Source: a candidate division FCPU426 bacterium
GTDB taxonomy: Bacteria > Oederibacteriota > Muellerivitia > Muellerivitales > Muellerivitaceae
NCBI GenBank assembly: GCA_027452205.1
Contig: DAIDGV010000015.1
Location: forward strand, 11,111-75,110
Direction: 5' to 3'
Length of the DNA: 64,000 nt
The translations under genes and the position numbers were made by a program. The notes under the pieces are model-generated. The model made no database searches, had not been told where the DNA came from, and saw nothing but the letters and a program-made list of their open reading frames with translations. Shown piece by piece: positions 53,813 through 63,781 of the stretch. Each line of letters starts with the position of its first letter. Position 1 is the stretch's first letter.

Positions 53813-54346
53813 TTAGTGGATCGTCCAGGCCAGCAAGAAAAATTCGAACATCACTAAGCCGATTATGAGGAAGAAGATGGCCACTATCCAGCCCCGGCCT
53901 GTCATTTCCAGGGCGGCCACATAAGGCCGCTGGGTGGGCCAAACCTTAATCGCTTGGCCATAATCGGGGCTCGCTTGGCTGGGCCAGGCGGGATAGACGT
54001 AATAGATGTGATCGTACACCTTGCCGTCTTTATCCACGGCGCCTTGATAGACACCCGCGCCTTCATAAACCAGGCGGTATTTCCCCACCGGTGTGTTGGG
54101 CAAGCTGGAAAGATCGGAAACGGTGGCGTCCACGCCCATGCTATTGGTCAGGATCTGGACCCCGGAATAACCCAGGAAGAGTAGGCTGATCGCCAGGAAA
54201 AGCAGAGAAAGGATAAGGGCTAAAAGCTTACGAAGGATCATCCGAGGCAGGGACTTCCACGGGAAAGCGCGCAACCGGGCCAAAAAGGTCCATTTGGGCC
54301 AGGTGATGGAGATGGGTTTGAGTTTGAGCTTCAAGGAGAAAGCCAT
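53813..54346 (-). CDS. membrane protein, hypothetical (two TM helices flanking a soluble domain; DUF3592-like topology)
   Basis: A TM at ~aa 40-60 and another at ~aa 150-170. The family assignment is tentative. Confidence 0.45.
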   Translation of the reverse strand: MAFSLKLKLKPISITWPKWTFLARLRAFPWKSLPRMILRKLLALILSLLFLAISLLFLGYSGVQILTNSMGVDATVSDLSSLPNTPVGKYRLVYEGAGVYQGAVDKDGKVYDHIYYVYPAWPSQASPDYGQAIKVWPTQRPYVAALEMTGRGWIVAIFFLIIGLVMFEFFLLAWTIH

Positions 54347-54451
54347 AAAAACCCCGGAGGTCCGAAATAGCGTCGAAGGGCCTTTATTTTATCGGCGAAA
54401 GGTAAAACTGCCAGGATATAAATGGACGAAATGACCTGGCAAAGCGGGAAT

Positions 54452-55018
54452 TTACATCATTCCCAATTGAAGCCGGGCGGCTTCCGTCATCAGGCTTTGG
54501 TTCCAGGGGGGCTCAAAAGTGACTTCCACAAGAGCCTCACGGACACCCTTGATGCGTTTGAGCTTTTCCTCGATCTCGTTCTTGAGGACGGTCGACATCC
54601 CGCAGCCCGGGGCCGTCAGGGTCATGACCACCTCGACTCGCTTCCCGCCTTCGGGGATGGCTTTGATGACACAGCCGTAGATCAGGCCCAATTCCACGAT
54701 ATTGACCGGGATCTCCGGGTCAAAACAGGTCTTGAGTTGTTCCCAAACGTTCTGTTCCACGGTCTTTTCATCGACCGGTTCGTCGTCATACTCCATCTTG
54801 AACACTTTGGCTTCGTCAGGCACCGGCTTGCCCAACGCGTCGGCGTCTTGACCGCTGACCCGGCACAACTGTCCGTTATCACGCTGAACGGTGAAACTTC
54901 CGCCCAGTGTTTGGGTGATATAGACCTTCTCGTCTTGGAACAGAAGGCTCTCGGTACCATAAGGAATGGTAATGACCTTACAGTCGCGGGTAACGGTGAC
55001 TAATTCGTAGTTGCTCAT
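54452..55018 (-). CDS. sufT: SUF system Fe-S assembly protein SufT (DUF59/MIP18 family) with N-terminal domain
   Basis: C-terminal DUF59 core ...FDPEIPVNIVELGLIY...LTAPGCGM... It is the last gene of the suf operon. Confidence 0.7.
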   Translation of the reverse strand: MSNYELVTVTRDCKVITIPYGTESLLFQDEKVYITQTLGGSFTVQRDNGQLCRVSGQDADALGKPVPDEAKVFKMEYDDEPVDEKTVEQNVWEQLKTCFDPEIPVNIVELGLIYGCVIKAIPEGGKRVEVVMTLTAPGCGMSTVLKNEIEEKLKRIKGVREALVEVTFEPPWNQSLMTEAARLQLGMM

Positions 55019-55497
55019 CCTTCACTTCCCTTGCCGTCATCGGTCGAGATGACGTCTTTTTCGTTCTTTAAAGCGGCGTCCATGGTGTGCCAAGCCAGGC
55101 TGGCGCATTTCACCCGGGCCGGATATTCCTTCACACCCTCAAAGACCTTCAATTTGCCCAGGTCCTCAGGGGCTTTGTCGATCTTGCCCATGACCATGTC
55201 ATGGAACTCATGAAAGAGATGTTCGGCTTCTTCTACCTTTTTACCCTTCAAAACCGTTGTCATCATCGAGGCCGAGGCCTTGGAGATAGCGCAGCCCGAA
55301 CCCTTGAAGTGGATGTCTTGAATGACACCCTTATCGTCCAATTTCATGTCGAGCGAGATCTTGTCGCCGCACAAGGGATTGAACCCGTCGGCGTGATGGT
55401 TCGCGTCGGGCAAGGACCCGAAATTGCGCGGGTTCTTTTGGTGGTCGAGGATCAGGTCTTGGTAGAGGTCGCTGAAGTCGGACATCAAAAACTCCAA
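55015..55497 (-). CDS. sufU: Fe-S cluster scaffold/sulfur-transfer protein SufU (NifU-N-like)
   Basis: Conserved cysteines in ...NPLCGDKISL..., ...FKGSGCAISKAS... and ...CASLAW. Confidence 0.8.
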   Translation of the reverse strand: MEFLMSDFSDLYQDLILDHQKNPRNFGSLPDANHHADGFNPLCGDKISLDMKLDDKGVIQDIHFKGSGCAISKASASMMTTVLKGKKVEEAEHLFHEFHDMVMGKIDKAPEDLGKLKVFEGVKEYPARVKCASLAWHTMDAALKNEKDVISTDDGKGSEG

Positions 55498-55597
55498 TTT
55501 TGAATTTTGAATGTTGAATTAAAAATTAAGGTCACCTTTCGACGGGATTCCCGTCGAAAGTTACCAAAATTCATAATTGAAAATTCATAATTCATAA
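55498..55597. repeat. AT-rich spacer between sufS and sufU with a perfect palindrome and AATTCATAATT direct repeats
   Basis: The palindrome is CTTTCGACGGGATTCCCGTCGAAAG (11-bp stem). The direct repeat is AAAATTCATAATTGAAAATTCATAATTCATAATT. Confidence 0.4.
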
Positions 55598-56842
55598 TTA
55601 TTTGAAAACCTCCAACACCTTATGAACTGCCGCTACTAAAAGATCCACTTCCGGCTTGGTGTTATAAAGCGCGAAAGAAGCCCGGGCCGTCGCCGGGATA
55701 TTGAACCGGTCCATCACCGGCTGCGCGCAATGATGGCCCGCCCGCACCGCCACACCCTGACGGTCCAAAATAGTGCCGATGTCATGGGGATGGATCTCGC
55801 CTAAGGTGAAAGAAAGGACTCCCGCTTTCATGGCTGCGGTCCCAATGATGCGAACTTGCTTGATCTGGGACAAGGCCTGGGTGCCGTAAACAAGAAGTTC
55901 ATGCTCATGGGCGGCAATGGCGTCAAGCCCGACCGCTGTGACGTAATCAAGCGCTTTGCCTAAGCCAATGACCCCGGCGATATGGGGTGTGCCCGCTTCG
56001 AACTTGTGCGGCGGCTTGGCATAAAGGGTCTTTTCAAAGGTGACCGAGGCGATCATGTCGCCCCCACCCTGGTAAGGCGGCATAGCGTTAAGCAGGGCCA
56101 ATTTGCCGTAAAGAACACCGATACCGGTAGGGCCATAAATTTTATGGCCGGAAAAAGCGTAAAAGTCGCAATCCAGCTTCTGGACATCCACCTTCAGGTG
56201 GGCCACCGATTGGGCCCCATCGATGAGCACCAAAGCCCCATGTTCATGGGCATAATGGATGATATCGGCGATGGGATTAATGGTACCCAAGGCATTGGAA
56301 ACGTGACCCACCGATACCAATTTAGTCTTGGAGGTCACGAGTTTCTTGAACTCGTCCATCAGCAGTTCGCCCCTGTCGTTGATGGGGATCACCTTCAATT
56401 TGGCGCCCTTTTCCTCGCAAAGCATCTGCCAGGGCACGATGTTGGAATGATGCTCCAGATGCGAAATGAGGATCTCATCCCCCGCCTGGATATTCTTCCG
56501 CCCCCAGGTTTGGGCTACCAGGTTGATACTTTCGGTCGTGCCCCGAGTGTAGATGATCTCGCTGGAAGAGGCGGCATTGATGAACTTTTGGATGGTCACC
56601 CGGGCGTCTTCGTAAGCTTTAGTGGATTCTTGGCTGAGCAGGTGAACACCCCGGTGGATATTGGCGTTCATTTCACGGTAATAGCGGTCTTCCATTTCAA
56701 TGACCGACAAGGGCTTCTGTGTGGTCGCCGCGTTATCCAGATAGACTAATGGCTTCCCATGGACCTGACGGTTCAGGATCGGAAAATCCTTACGGATTTT
56801 CTCCACATCGTAAGCGGTCTTTATAGAAGCCGGAGCGGTCAT
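55598..56842 (-). CDS. sufS: cysteine desulfurase SufS
   Basis: A class V aminotransferase with a PLP-lysine region SGHKIYGPTGIGVLYG and the active-site loop RAGHHCAQP. Confidence 0.9.
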   Translation of the reverse strand: MTAPASIKTAYDVEKIRKDFPILNRQVHGKPLVYLDNAATTQKPLSVIEMEDRYYREMNANIHRGVHLLSQESTKAYEDARVTIQKFINAASSSEIIYTRGTTESINLVAQTWGRKNIQAGDEILISHLEHHSNIVPWQMLCEEKGAKLKVIPINDRGELLMDEFKKLVTSKTKLVSVGHVSNALGTINPIADIIHYAHEHGALVLIDGAQSVAHLKVDVQKLDCDFYAFSGHKIYGPTGIGVLYGKLALLNAMPPYQGGGDMIASVTFEKTLYAKPPHKFEAGTPHIAGVIGLGKALDYVTAVGLDAIAAHEHELLVYGTQALSQIKQVRIIGTAAMKAGVLSFTLGEIHPHDIGTILDRQGVAVRAGHHCAQPVMDRFNIPATARASFALYNTKPEVDLLVAAVHKVLEVFK

Positions 56843-58161
56843 GATGCCCCTCCCATCCAGTCTTGGACGAACTTTGTCAAAGCTGGTTTCAAGTACTCAC
56901 TGGGGACCCGTTCCACCATCTCGCCGGCAAAAGCATAGACCAAAGCTTTCTTCGCGTCGGCCCGGCTGATACCTCGGGATTGAAAATAGAACAAAGCCTC
57001 TTCATCCATCTGGCCCGTGGCGCTGCCATGGGAACACTTCACGTCATCGGCGTAAATTTGAAGCTGGGGCTTGGAATAAACCTTCGCCGTATTGGACAGT
57101 TGTAGGTTCTTGTTGGACTGACGCGCGTCGGTCTTTTGGGCATTCTCGCGAACGAGGATAAAACCGTCAAAGATAGCGGTCGATTCGCCGTCAAGCACAC
57201 CCTTGAAGGTCTCATGGCTATTGCAGTTAGGCGACAAGTGGTCGATGAAAGTGCGGGTATCCACATGCTGCTGGCCTTTGGAAAGATACAGGCCGTCCAT
57301 GACGCTTTCGGCTTTCTTTTGCGCCAAGGTGGTGTCGATCTCATTACGGGTCAAAGCGCCGCCCACCGAGAAAGTACGGGAGATGAATTGGCTGGCCTCG
57401 TTCTGTTTCGCTTCTATGGACCCGACATGAAAACCCTTCAGGTCTTCTTGGCCGATCTTGGTATGGTCCAATACCGATCCTTGCGAAAGGACCACTTCGG
57501 TAACGGCATTGGTCAAATAAGCGCTGACATTCTCGCCCCAGTAATGCTCGATCACTTGGGCACGGCTGTCATTGCCCAACACGATCAAATTGCGCAAATG
57601 GGATTGGGTAGTTTGGCTGGCGTTCGCCGAGAGATAGACCACGTGGATCGGCCATTCCAACAGTTGGCCCGCGGCTAAGTTCAGGAACAGCCCATCGGTA
57701 AAATAAGCCATATTTAAGGCGGTAAAAGCTTTCTTTTGGGCCGAAGCCACCTGGCCCAAATAGGTTTTTACCGTTTCATGGGCCAAAGCGCTCGCCAGGT
57801 TCTGGATGACCACGCCCTTGGGCAAGGTTTTCAGGGAAGACAATTCCGCCGAATAAGCACCGTTCACGAAAACCATCACATGGGCCTTTTCCACTTCAAA
57901 GCCCCGCTTCTTCAATTGGGCCGTCACCGCCGAAGGGGTCACCTTGGGCAATTCAAAAGAGAGGCTCATCTTCAACAGGTTGTTCGCCAAGTTGGTGTAT
58001 TTCCAGGACTCCAGCTTGTCCGTGGGAAATCCCGCTTGTTTAAAATGCTCCAACGCCTTAAGACGCAGGTCTTTCAGCCAAGCCTGGTCCTGGCCGGGCA
58101 AGAAAGCTTGCCGGGCGGTAAAAGCCGATAAGTAAAGGTCTTGGGTCATTAAGTTCGACAT
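56839..58161 (-). CDS. sufD: Fe-S cluster assembly protein SufD
   Basis: SufB/SufD-family beta-helix. It overlaps sufS (ATGA) and sufC. Confidence 0.85.
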   Translation of the reverse strand: MSNLMTQDLYLSAFTARQAFLPGQDQAWLKDLRLKALEHFKQAGFPTDKLESWKYTNLANNLLKMSLSFELPKVTPSAVTAQLKKRGFEVEKAHVMVFVNGAYSAELSSLKTLPKGVVIQNLASALAHETVKTYLGQVASAQKKAFTALNMAYFTDGLFLNLAAGQLLEWPIHVVYLSANASQTTQSHLRNLIVLGNDSRAQVIEHYWGENVSAYLTNAVTEVVLSQGSVLDHTKIGQEDLKGFHVGSIEAKQNEASQFISRTFSVGGALTRNEIDTTLAQKKAESVMDGLYLSKGQQHVDTRTFIDHLSPNCNSHETFKGVLDGESTAIFDGFILVRENAQKTDARQSNKNLQLSNTAKVYSKPQLQIYADDVKCSHGSATGQMDEEALFYFQSRGISRADAKKALVYAFAGEMVERVPSEYLKPALTKFVQDWMGGAS

Positions 58162-58922
58162 TAGCGTTTCGCCTCTTCCTTTTCGCCGGTCAACCAGCCG
58201 TAGCCCTTCTCTTCCAGTTCCAGCGCCAGTTCCTTGCCGCCGGTCTTGATGATCTTGCCCTTGGCCAAGACATGCACTTGGTCCGGCACGATGTAGTCGA
58301 GCAACCGTTGATAGTGGGTGACCACCAAGAAAGAACGGTTCTTGCTGCGCAAAGCGTTCACGCCGTCCGCGACCACTTTAAGGGCGTCGATGTCCAGGCC
58401 CGAATCGGTCTCGTCCAGGATGCCCAACTTGGGTTCCAGGACCGCCATTTGAAGGATCTCGTTCTTTTTCTTTTCCCCGCCCGAGAAACCCTCGTTCACC
58501 GCGCGTTGCAACATAGCTTCATCCATCTTGAGGGGTTTGAGTTTGGCCTTGACCAGTTCGAGAAAGTCCATGGCGTCGAGTTCTTCCTCGCCCTTGGATT
58601 TACGCACCGCGTTCAAAGCCGCCTTCAGGAAGTAGGTGTTATTGACGCCGGGAATTTCCACCGGATATTGGAAAGCCAAAAAGACACCGGCCCGGGCCCG
58701 GTCTTCGGGCGAGAGCGACAAAAGATCTTTACCATCCAGGGTCACTTCCCCGCCGGTGATCTCATAACCCGGGCGGCCCGACAACACATGGGCCAAGGTG
58801 CTCTTGCCGGAGCCGTTCGGGCCCATAATGGCGTGCACCTCTCCCGAACGGATCTCCAGGTCGATGCCGTTCAAGATCTGCTTATCTTCAACTTTAGCTT
58901 TCAGTCCTTTGATAACTAACAT
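58161..58922 (-). CDS. sufC: Fe-S cluster assembly ATPase SufC
   Basis: ABC ATPase with Walker A GPNGSGKST, the signature LSGGEKK, and the Walker B ILDETDSGLD. Confidence 0.9.
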   Translation of the reverse strand: MLVIKGLKAKVEDKQILNGIDLEIRSGEVHAIMGPNGSGKSTLAHVLSGRPGYEITGGEVTLDGKDLLSLSPEDRARAGVFLAFQYPVEIPGVNNTYFLKAALNAVRKSKGEEELDAMDFLELVKAKLKPLKMDEAMLQRAVNEGFSGGEKKKNEILQMAVLEPKLGILDETDSGLDIDALKVVADGVNALRSKNRSFLVVTHYQRLLDYIVPDQVHVLAKGKIIKTGGKELALELEEKGYGWLTGEKEEAKR

Positions 58923-59049
58923 TCGCGCTCCGTTCGAATTTTAAATTCTCAATTCTTAATTATGAATTTTTGAAAATTTCAATCCGTTTTTTGGATTGAA
59001 ATTCACCCTAATTTAAAATTCAAAACTCATAATTCAAAATTGTCTTTCC
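58923..59049. repeat. AT-rich spacer between sufB and sufC (AATTCTTAATT family) with a small hairpin
   Basis: ...TTTAAATTCTCAATTCTTAATTATGAATTTTTG...CAATCC-gtttttt-GGATTG...TAATTTAAAATTCAAAACTCATAATTCAAAATTG. Confidence 0.4.
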
Positions 59050-60495
59050 TTACCCCACCGACCCTTCAAGACTTACGCTCAAAAGCTTCTGGGCTTCCAC
59101 TGCGAATTCCATCGGCAATTTACGGAACACTTCTTTGCAGAACCCATTGACGATCAGGTTGACCGCGTCTTCTTTGGATAAACCACGCTGTTGGCAATAG
59201 AAGATCTGGTCCTCGCCAATTTTGGAGGTGGAGGCTTCATGCCCCACCTTGGCGCTGTTGTTCTTCACTTCGATATAAGGCACCGTGTGGGCCCCGCACT
59301 TGTCGCCCATCAACAACGAGTCGCACTGGGTAAAGTTATGGGCGTTTTCCGCCGCCGGCTGGATACGAACCAGGCCGCGATAGGTGTTTTGGCCTTTTCC
59401 GGCCGAAATACCCTTGGAAACAATGGTGCTTTTGGTGTTCTTACCCAAGTGGATCATCTTGGTGCCGGTATCGGCTTGCTGCATGTTGTTGACCACCGCC
59501 ACCGAATAGAACTCGCCGACCGAGTTGTCGCCCTGCAGGATACAGCTGGGGTATTTCCAGGTAATGGCCGAACCGGTCTCGACTTGGGTCCAGGAGATCT
59601 TGGAATTCTCACCCCGGCAAGCGCCGCGCTTGGTCACGAAGTTATAGATACCACCCTTGCCTTCTTTGTCACCGGGATACCAATTTTGTACCGTGGAATA
59701 TTTGATCTCCGCGTTCTTCATGGCGACCAGTTCCACCACCGCCGCGTGCAACTGATTCTCGTCCCGCATCGGGGCCGTACAGCCTTCGAGATAGCTGACG
59801 TAAGCGCCTTCATCGGCGATCAGGAGCGTGCGTTCGAACTGTCCAGTTTTAGCCGCGTTGATACGGAAGTAGGTCGACAGTTCCATCGGGCAGCGGACGC
59901 CCTTAGGAATGTAACAAAAAGACCCGTCCGTAAAGACCGCGCTATTCAAAGTCGCGTAGAAGTTGTCGTTATAAGGCACTACCGAGCCCAGGTATTGTTC
60001 GATGAGTTCCGGATGTTCCTGCACCGCTTCGGAGAAAGAGCAAAAGATCACGCCCATTTCGCCCAATTTCTTTTTAAAGGTCGTACCCACCGAAACGCTA
60101 TCGAACACCGCGTCCACCGCCACACCCGCCAGCATGGCCCGCTCTTCCATCGGCACGCCAAGTTTTTCGAATGTCTTCAGAACTTCCGGATCCACTTCCG
60201 CCAGGCTCTTGGGACCGGCTTTGGGGGCCGAGTAATAGACGATATCTTGATAATCGATGGGAGGATATTGGACGAAAGCCCACTCCGGGGTCTTCATCTT
60301 CAACCATTGCCCGTAAGCCTTCAAACGCCAATTGAGAAGGAACTGGGGTTCTTTTTTCTTGTGCGAGATAAAGCGAATGATATCTTCGTTCAGCCCCGCC
60401 GGGGCGGAATCCGCTTCGATGTCGGTCACGAAGCCGTACTTGTACTCTTCGGAGGTGACCTTTTCGACTGGCTCTTCTTGGGTTTTAGCTTTCAT
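59050..60495 (-). CDS. sufB: Fe-S cluster assembly protein SufB
   Basis: 481 aa, with typical SufB N-terminal and beta-helix regions. Confidence 0.9.
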   Translation of the reverse strand: MKAKTQEEPVEKVTSEEYKYGFVTDIEADSAPAGLNEDIIRFISHKKKEPQFLLNWRLKAYGQWLKMKTPEWAFVQYPPIDYQDIVYYSAPKAGPKSLAEVDPEVLKTFEKLGVPMEERAMLAGVAVDAVFDSVSVGTTFKKKLGEMGVIFCSFSEAVQEHPELIEQYLGSVVPYNDNFYATLNSAVFTDGSFCYIPKGVRCPMELSTYFRINAAKTGQFERTLLIADEGAYVSYLEGCTAPMRDENQLHAAVVELVAMKNAEIKYSTVQNWYPGDKEGKGGIYNFVTKRGACRGENSKISWTQVETGSAITWKYPSCILQGDNSVGEFYSVAVVNNMQQADTGTKMIHLGKNTKSTIVSKGISAGKGQNTYRGLVRIQPAAENAHNFTQCDSLLMGDKCGAHTVPYIEVKNNSAKVGHEASTSKIGEDQIFYCQQRGLSKEDAVNLIVNGFCKEVFRKLPMEFAVEAQKLLSVSLEGSVG

Positions 60496-60510
60496 GTCTC
60501 TCTCGTCTTC

Positions 60511-60999
60511 TCAGCGTTTTTCAGCCGGCACCCCGGGCTTCGGGGTCGCCTGGGCCAACCACTGCTGCATCTCCGGCTCGGTCTTCACCAAGTCGGACAA
60601 TCGGCACTTCTTCAAATAACTCGACATGGCCAATTCCAGCCCCGTCCAAACCGACCGGATCGCGCAATCCATGGAATGGACACAGGCCATATGGTCCGTG
60701 GTCGTCGCGCAATACTCTTCCTTGGAGAAGAAACTGCCGCTCATCGCCTGCATCACATCGTTCACATTGATCTCATTGGCGGGGCGGGCTAACTGATAAC
60801 CGCCGCTTTGCCCTCGGATACTCTTGACCAAGCCGCCCTTACGCAAGGCTCCCATGATCTTGGCCACATAAGCGCTGGTCAGCTGTTCCTTTTGGGACAG
60901 CTCCACGATCGTGGTGGTGCCTTCGAGGCCTTTTTTGGCCATCTGCAACATGCAGCGCAGACCGTATTCTTCGGTGGATGAGAATTTCATTTGAAACAC
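60511..60999 (-). CDS. Rrf2-family transcriptional regulator (IscR/SufR-like, 3-Cys cluster ligands)
   Basis: Winged-helix region YGLRCMLQMAKKG...TIVELSQKEQLTSAYVAKIMGALRKGGLV, with Cys ligands in CATTTDHMACVHSMDC. Confidence 0.8.
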   Translation of the reverse strand: MFQMKFSSTEEYGLRCMLQMAKKGLEGTTTIVELSQKEQLTSAYVAKIMGALRKGGLVKSIRGQSGGYQLARPANEINVNDVMQAMSGSFFSKEEYCATTTDHMACVHSMDCAIRSVWTGLELAMSSYLKKCRLSDLVKTEPEMQQWLAQATPKPGVPAEKR

Positions 61000-61010
61000 T
61001 CCTAAACAGT

Positions 61011-61028
61011 GCCTAAACCCAATCTGCT
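61011..61028 (-). promoter_or_regulatory. candidate operator: direct repeat CCTAAAC-n4-CCTAAAC in the 5' region of the rrf2-suf operon
   Basis: CCTAAACAGTGCCTAAAC lies 12-30 nt upstream of the rrf2 ATG, with the SD GGAG at 61008-61012. Confidence 0.2.
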
Positions 61029-61106
61029 GAATGTGGAAAAGAAAGTCAAGTATAGGCAGGGAGCTTTTGAAATCAAGAAATAATGGGGAAATTTTCGACT
61101 TCAGCG

Positions 61107-61589
61107 TTAGGCCCGAAAATGGCCTAAAAGCGTGAAAACAAGGGATTCGGGGCTTTCGAAAACATCCAAAACTAAGGCTTTTTTAGGCTCTTCCAAAGCC
61201 TCGAATTGGCTGTTTAAAAGGGCTTCGGACACAAAGTGACCTTTCCGGGCCTTAAGCCTTTCGGCAATAAGGGTCTTATCCCCTTTCAAGTAAACCCATT
61301 CTATCGGGGCAGCCTGATTTAATAAGTCCCGGTACTTTTGCTTCAAGGCGGAGCAGGCGACAACCGTCCGGGGGCTTTCCACGTTCCACACCTTTAAACA
61401 CTGGGCCAGTTCCTCCAGCCAAGGTTTTCGGTCCTCATCGGTCAATCCGATTCCCTGGGCCATTTTGTTTTTCGCCTCTGGGGTATGAAGATCGTCCGAG
61501 TCATAGAAAGGACAGCCCAAGGCTTGGGCCAAGGCCTTCCCTACCGTAGTCTTGCCCGACCCGGCCACGCCCATGAGCAGGATGATCAT
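61107..61589 (-). CDS. gntK: gluconokinase (shikimate-kinase-like fold)
   Basis: MIILLMGVAGSGKTTVGKALAQALGCPFYDSDDLH, the classic thermoresistant gluconokinase N-terminus. Confidence 0.7.
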   Translation of the reverse strand: MIILLMGVAGSGKTTVGKALAQALGCPFYDSDDLHTPEAKNKMAQGIGLTDEDRKPWLEELAQCLKVWNVESPRTVVACSALKQKYRDLLNQAAPIEWVYLKGDKTLIAERLKARKGHFVSEALLNSQFEALEEPKKALVLDVFESPESLVFTLLGHFRA

Positions 61590-62353
61590 CGCGTCTCCAG
61601 GGGAAGTACCTTTGCGTAATACTCCAGGCTTCGGAAGGGTTTCTCAAGGGTGCGTTCTAAATAACCCATGACCGTCATGAAGATCTGCCGGGACAGGACC
61701 GGCTGTAGCTTGAGCACATGCACTCTTTCCGCCGGCGTGCGGCGCAGTTTTTTGAGGATCTCCAGGGCCATCTTGTTCACTTGGAACTTGGCGGCCGTCG
61801 AGCCATGGCAGGATTCGCAAAGGGCCCCACCCCGGTGCGGGATGAGATAGACCCTTTGGGCCACGATCGTCTCGCCGCATTCAGCGCAATTTTCCAATTC
61901 AAGGGGATAGCCCAGGTCTTCCATCAGTTTCAGGACAAAAGCCGTCAAAAGCAGTTCCGAGGACCTCGGTTCTTTTTCTAAGGCAACCAAGGTTTCTTTG
62001 AGCAGTTCATAGATCTCCGGATGGGGTTCGCCTTCGGGGGTCGCTTGGGTCACCGTTTCGGACAGAACTTGAAGACAGGTAATGACCTGAAAATCGTTCT
62101 TAAGGGCAGAGTTGTCATTGAGCACCTTCGCTTGGCCCAGGACATAAAGAGAAGCAGTGCTTTTTTTAAAAAGCGAGAAAGAAGACTCGGTGAAAAGATC
62201 GATGGAAGAGGCCAGCTTGCTCTTGGGTTTGCGGATACCCTTGACCATCGCCTTCACCCGGCCTAGCTGAAGGGTATAAAGCTGGGCGATCTTATCGGCC
62301 TCGGCATAGTTCGTGGTGCCTAAGACCCATCCCCGGGCGGCGGTAGGGATCAA
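61586..62353 (-). CDS. recO: DNA repair protein RecO (start re-placed at TTG 62353, overlapping the upstream stop)
   Basis: GWVLGTTNYAEADKIAQLYTLQLGRVKAMVKG in the OB fold, and a C-terminal CAECG...CESCHG zinc finger. The ORF-track N-terminal extension overlaps the upstream gene. Confidence 0.8.
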   Translation of the reverse strand: MIPTAARGWVLGTTNYAEADKIAQLYTLQLGRVKAMVKGIRKPKSKLASSIDLFTESSFSLFKKSTASLYVLGQAKVLNDNSALKNDFQVITCLQVLSETVTQATPEGEPHPEIYELLKETLVALEKEPRSSELLLTAFVLKLMEDLGYPLELENCAECGETIVAQRVYLIPHRGGALCESCHGSTAAKFQVNKMALEILKKLRRTPAERVHVLKLQPVLSRQIFMTVMGYLERTLEKPFRSLEYYAKVLPLETR

Positions 62354-63261
62354 CGGGCCGCTTTCGCTTCGAGTTGAAGGGTCACGGCCAGCGATGCCGC
62401 GTAAAGACTGAACCCGATGGTCAGAATCGAATTGACCGCTGCCTTGACCAGGGTGAAAAGGATGCCCAGCAAGGGAATGAATGAAAGGCCCGTAAAGACC
62501 ACATTGAAAGCGATGTAGAAAACGCAGGCAACAAGGATGATGAGAAGGACCGTCCAAAGGGTGCGGCCTTTATCCCGCCAGACTTGGGCGATACTTTCCC
62601 CAACCGAAGCCCAAATGCCATGGCCGTCCACCAAATAAGCCCCCGCCAACAAACCTGCCACGGCAAAACCCAGAAAGAACAACAAACCGACCACACCCGC
62701 AGGAACGGCCAATGTCCCTCCGATCCACCAAGGCAGGAAATTGAAAACAAGCGCGCCCAATCCAAAGACGAGCAGGACACCCAAAAGGAATCCAAAAAAG
62801 ACCAATATCCAAGCTACTTGCAAGCCCATCATGGGCAAGGTGTAACGCAGACCTTCCGAAAAGAAAACTTTCAACGAGAAGTTCTCCCCGTCCTTTTGGA
62901 AACGGTTCATTTGGCTGTAGAGGGCGCCGTCAAAAAGCGCCATAAAAAAACTGACCGCGGTGATGTAAAAAGCCACGACCAAGGCCATCATACCCAGCGA
63001 ACCCCAATCAGTGAAATAACTCATCCAGTCGAAATTTTGAAAGAAGCTGCGGGCATTCCCGCTGGTCAATTCATCGGCGTGGCCGATCAAAGCTTGGACC
63101 AAAGGCCAAAAGCCGATGAAAAGGCATAGCACGATCAGGAAAAAGTTAACAAAAAGGAACCCGATCCGGATGAGGAACAGCGGCCAAAGCGCGGCGCAAG
63201 CGTCCCAGGCCCGGTGATAGAGGTCCGAAAGTTCGGCAGGAGCGGCGGTCTTACGGGCCAT
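62350..63261 (-). CDS. polytopic membrane protein, hypothetical
   Basis: 303 aa with at least 6 predicted TM helices and no recognisable motif. Confidence 0.5.
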   Translation of the reverse strand: MARKTAAPAELSDLYHRAWDACAALWPLFLIRIGFLFVNFFLIVLCLFIGFWPLVQALIGHADELTSGNARSFFQNFDWMSYFTDWGSLGMMALVVAFYITAVSFFMALFDGALYSQMNRFQKDGENFSLKVFFSEGLRYTLPMMGLQVAWILVFFGFLLGVLLVFGLGALVFNFLPWWIGGTLAVPAGVVGLLFFLGFAVAGLLAGAYLVDGHGIWASVGESIAQVWRDKGRTLWTVLLIILVACVFYIAFNVVFTGLSFIPLLGILFTLVKAAVNSILTIGFSLYAASLAVTLQLEAKAAR

Positions 63262-63269
63262 AGGTCCCC

Positions 63270-63767
63270 TTAGCGGAAATTGTTGAACTGAACGGCGACC
63301 TTCAAATCCGCGGTGCGGATCATTTGCATGGCTTCTTGAAGATCGTCCTTCGACTTGCCCGTCACCCGCACCTTCTCATCGGTGATGGAGGCTTGGACCT
63401 TCAACTTGGAATCCTTGATCAACTTCACGATCTCTTTGCAGTTCTCCATGGGCATGCCGCTGACGATCTTCACTTTTTGGGTGACCGTTCCGCCGAAAGC
63501 GGGTTCGATCTTTTGGAAATCCAGGGCCTTGGGGGAAATATTCCGCTTGATGAACTTGCCGCGCAGGATATCGACCACCGCCGTCAGGCGGGATTCGTTG
63601 TCCGAGGCCAGATCGATCTCTTTGGTGGCTTTTTTGAGCTCGATCTTGCTGATGCTGCCCTTGAAGTCGTAACGCTGGCTCATCTCTTTAACGGCCTGGT
63701 TGACCGCGTTGTCCACTTCTTGCATATCGACTTCCGAAACCACGTCAAAGGAATAGGTATCCGCCAT
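63270..63767 (-). CDS. yajQ: YajQ-family (UPF0234) nucleotide/c-di-GMP-binding protein
   Basis: MADTYSFDVVSEVDMQEVDNAVNQAVKEMSQRYDFKGS..., the canonical YajQ. Confidence 0.85.
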   Translation of the reverse strand: MADTYSFDVVSEVDMQEVDNAVNQAVKEMSQRYDFKGSISKIELKKATKEIDLASDNESRLTAVVDILRGKFIKRNISPKALDFQKIEPAFGGTVTQKVKIVSGMPMENCKEIVKLIKDSKLKVQASITDEKVRVTGKSKDDLQEAMQMIRTADLKVAVQFNNFR

Positions 63768-63781
63768 ATTTCCCTCATTTC

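Noticed and set aside
55565-55600. Possible CRISPR array from AATTCATAATT direct repeats
   Set aside because: The repeats are 11 nt, contiguous or irregularly spaced, with no unique spacers of 25-40 nt and no cas genes. This is an AT-rich simple repeat, not a CRISPR array.
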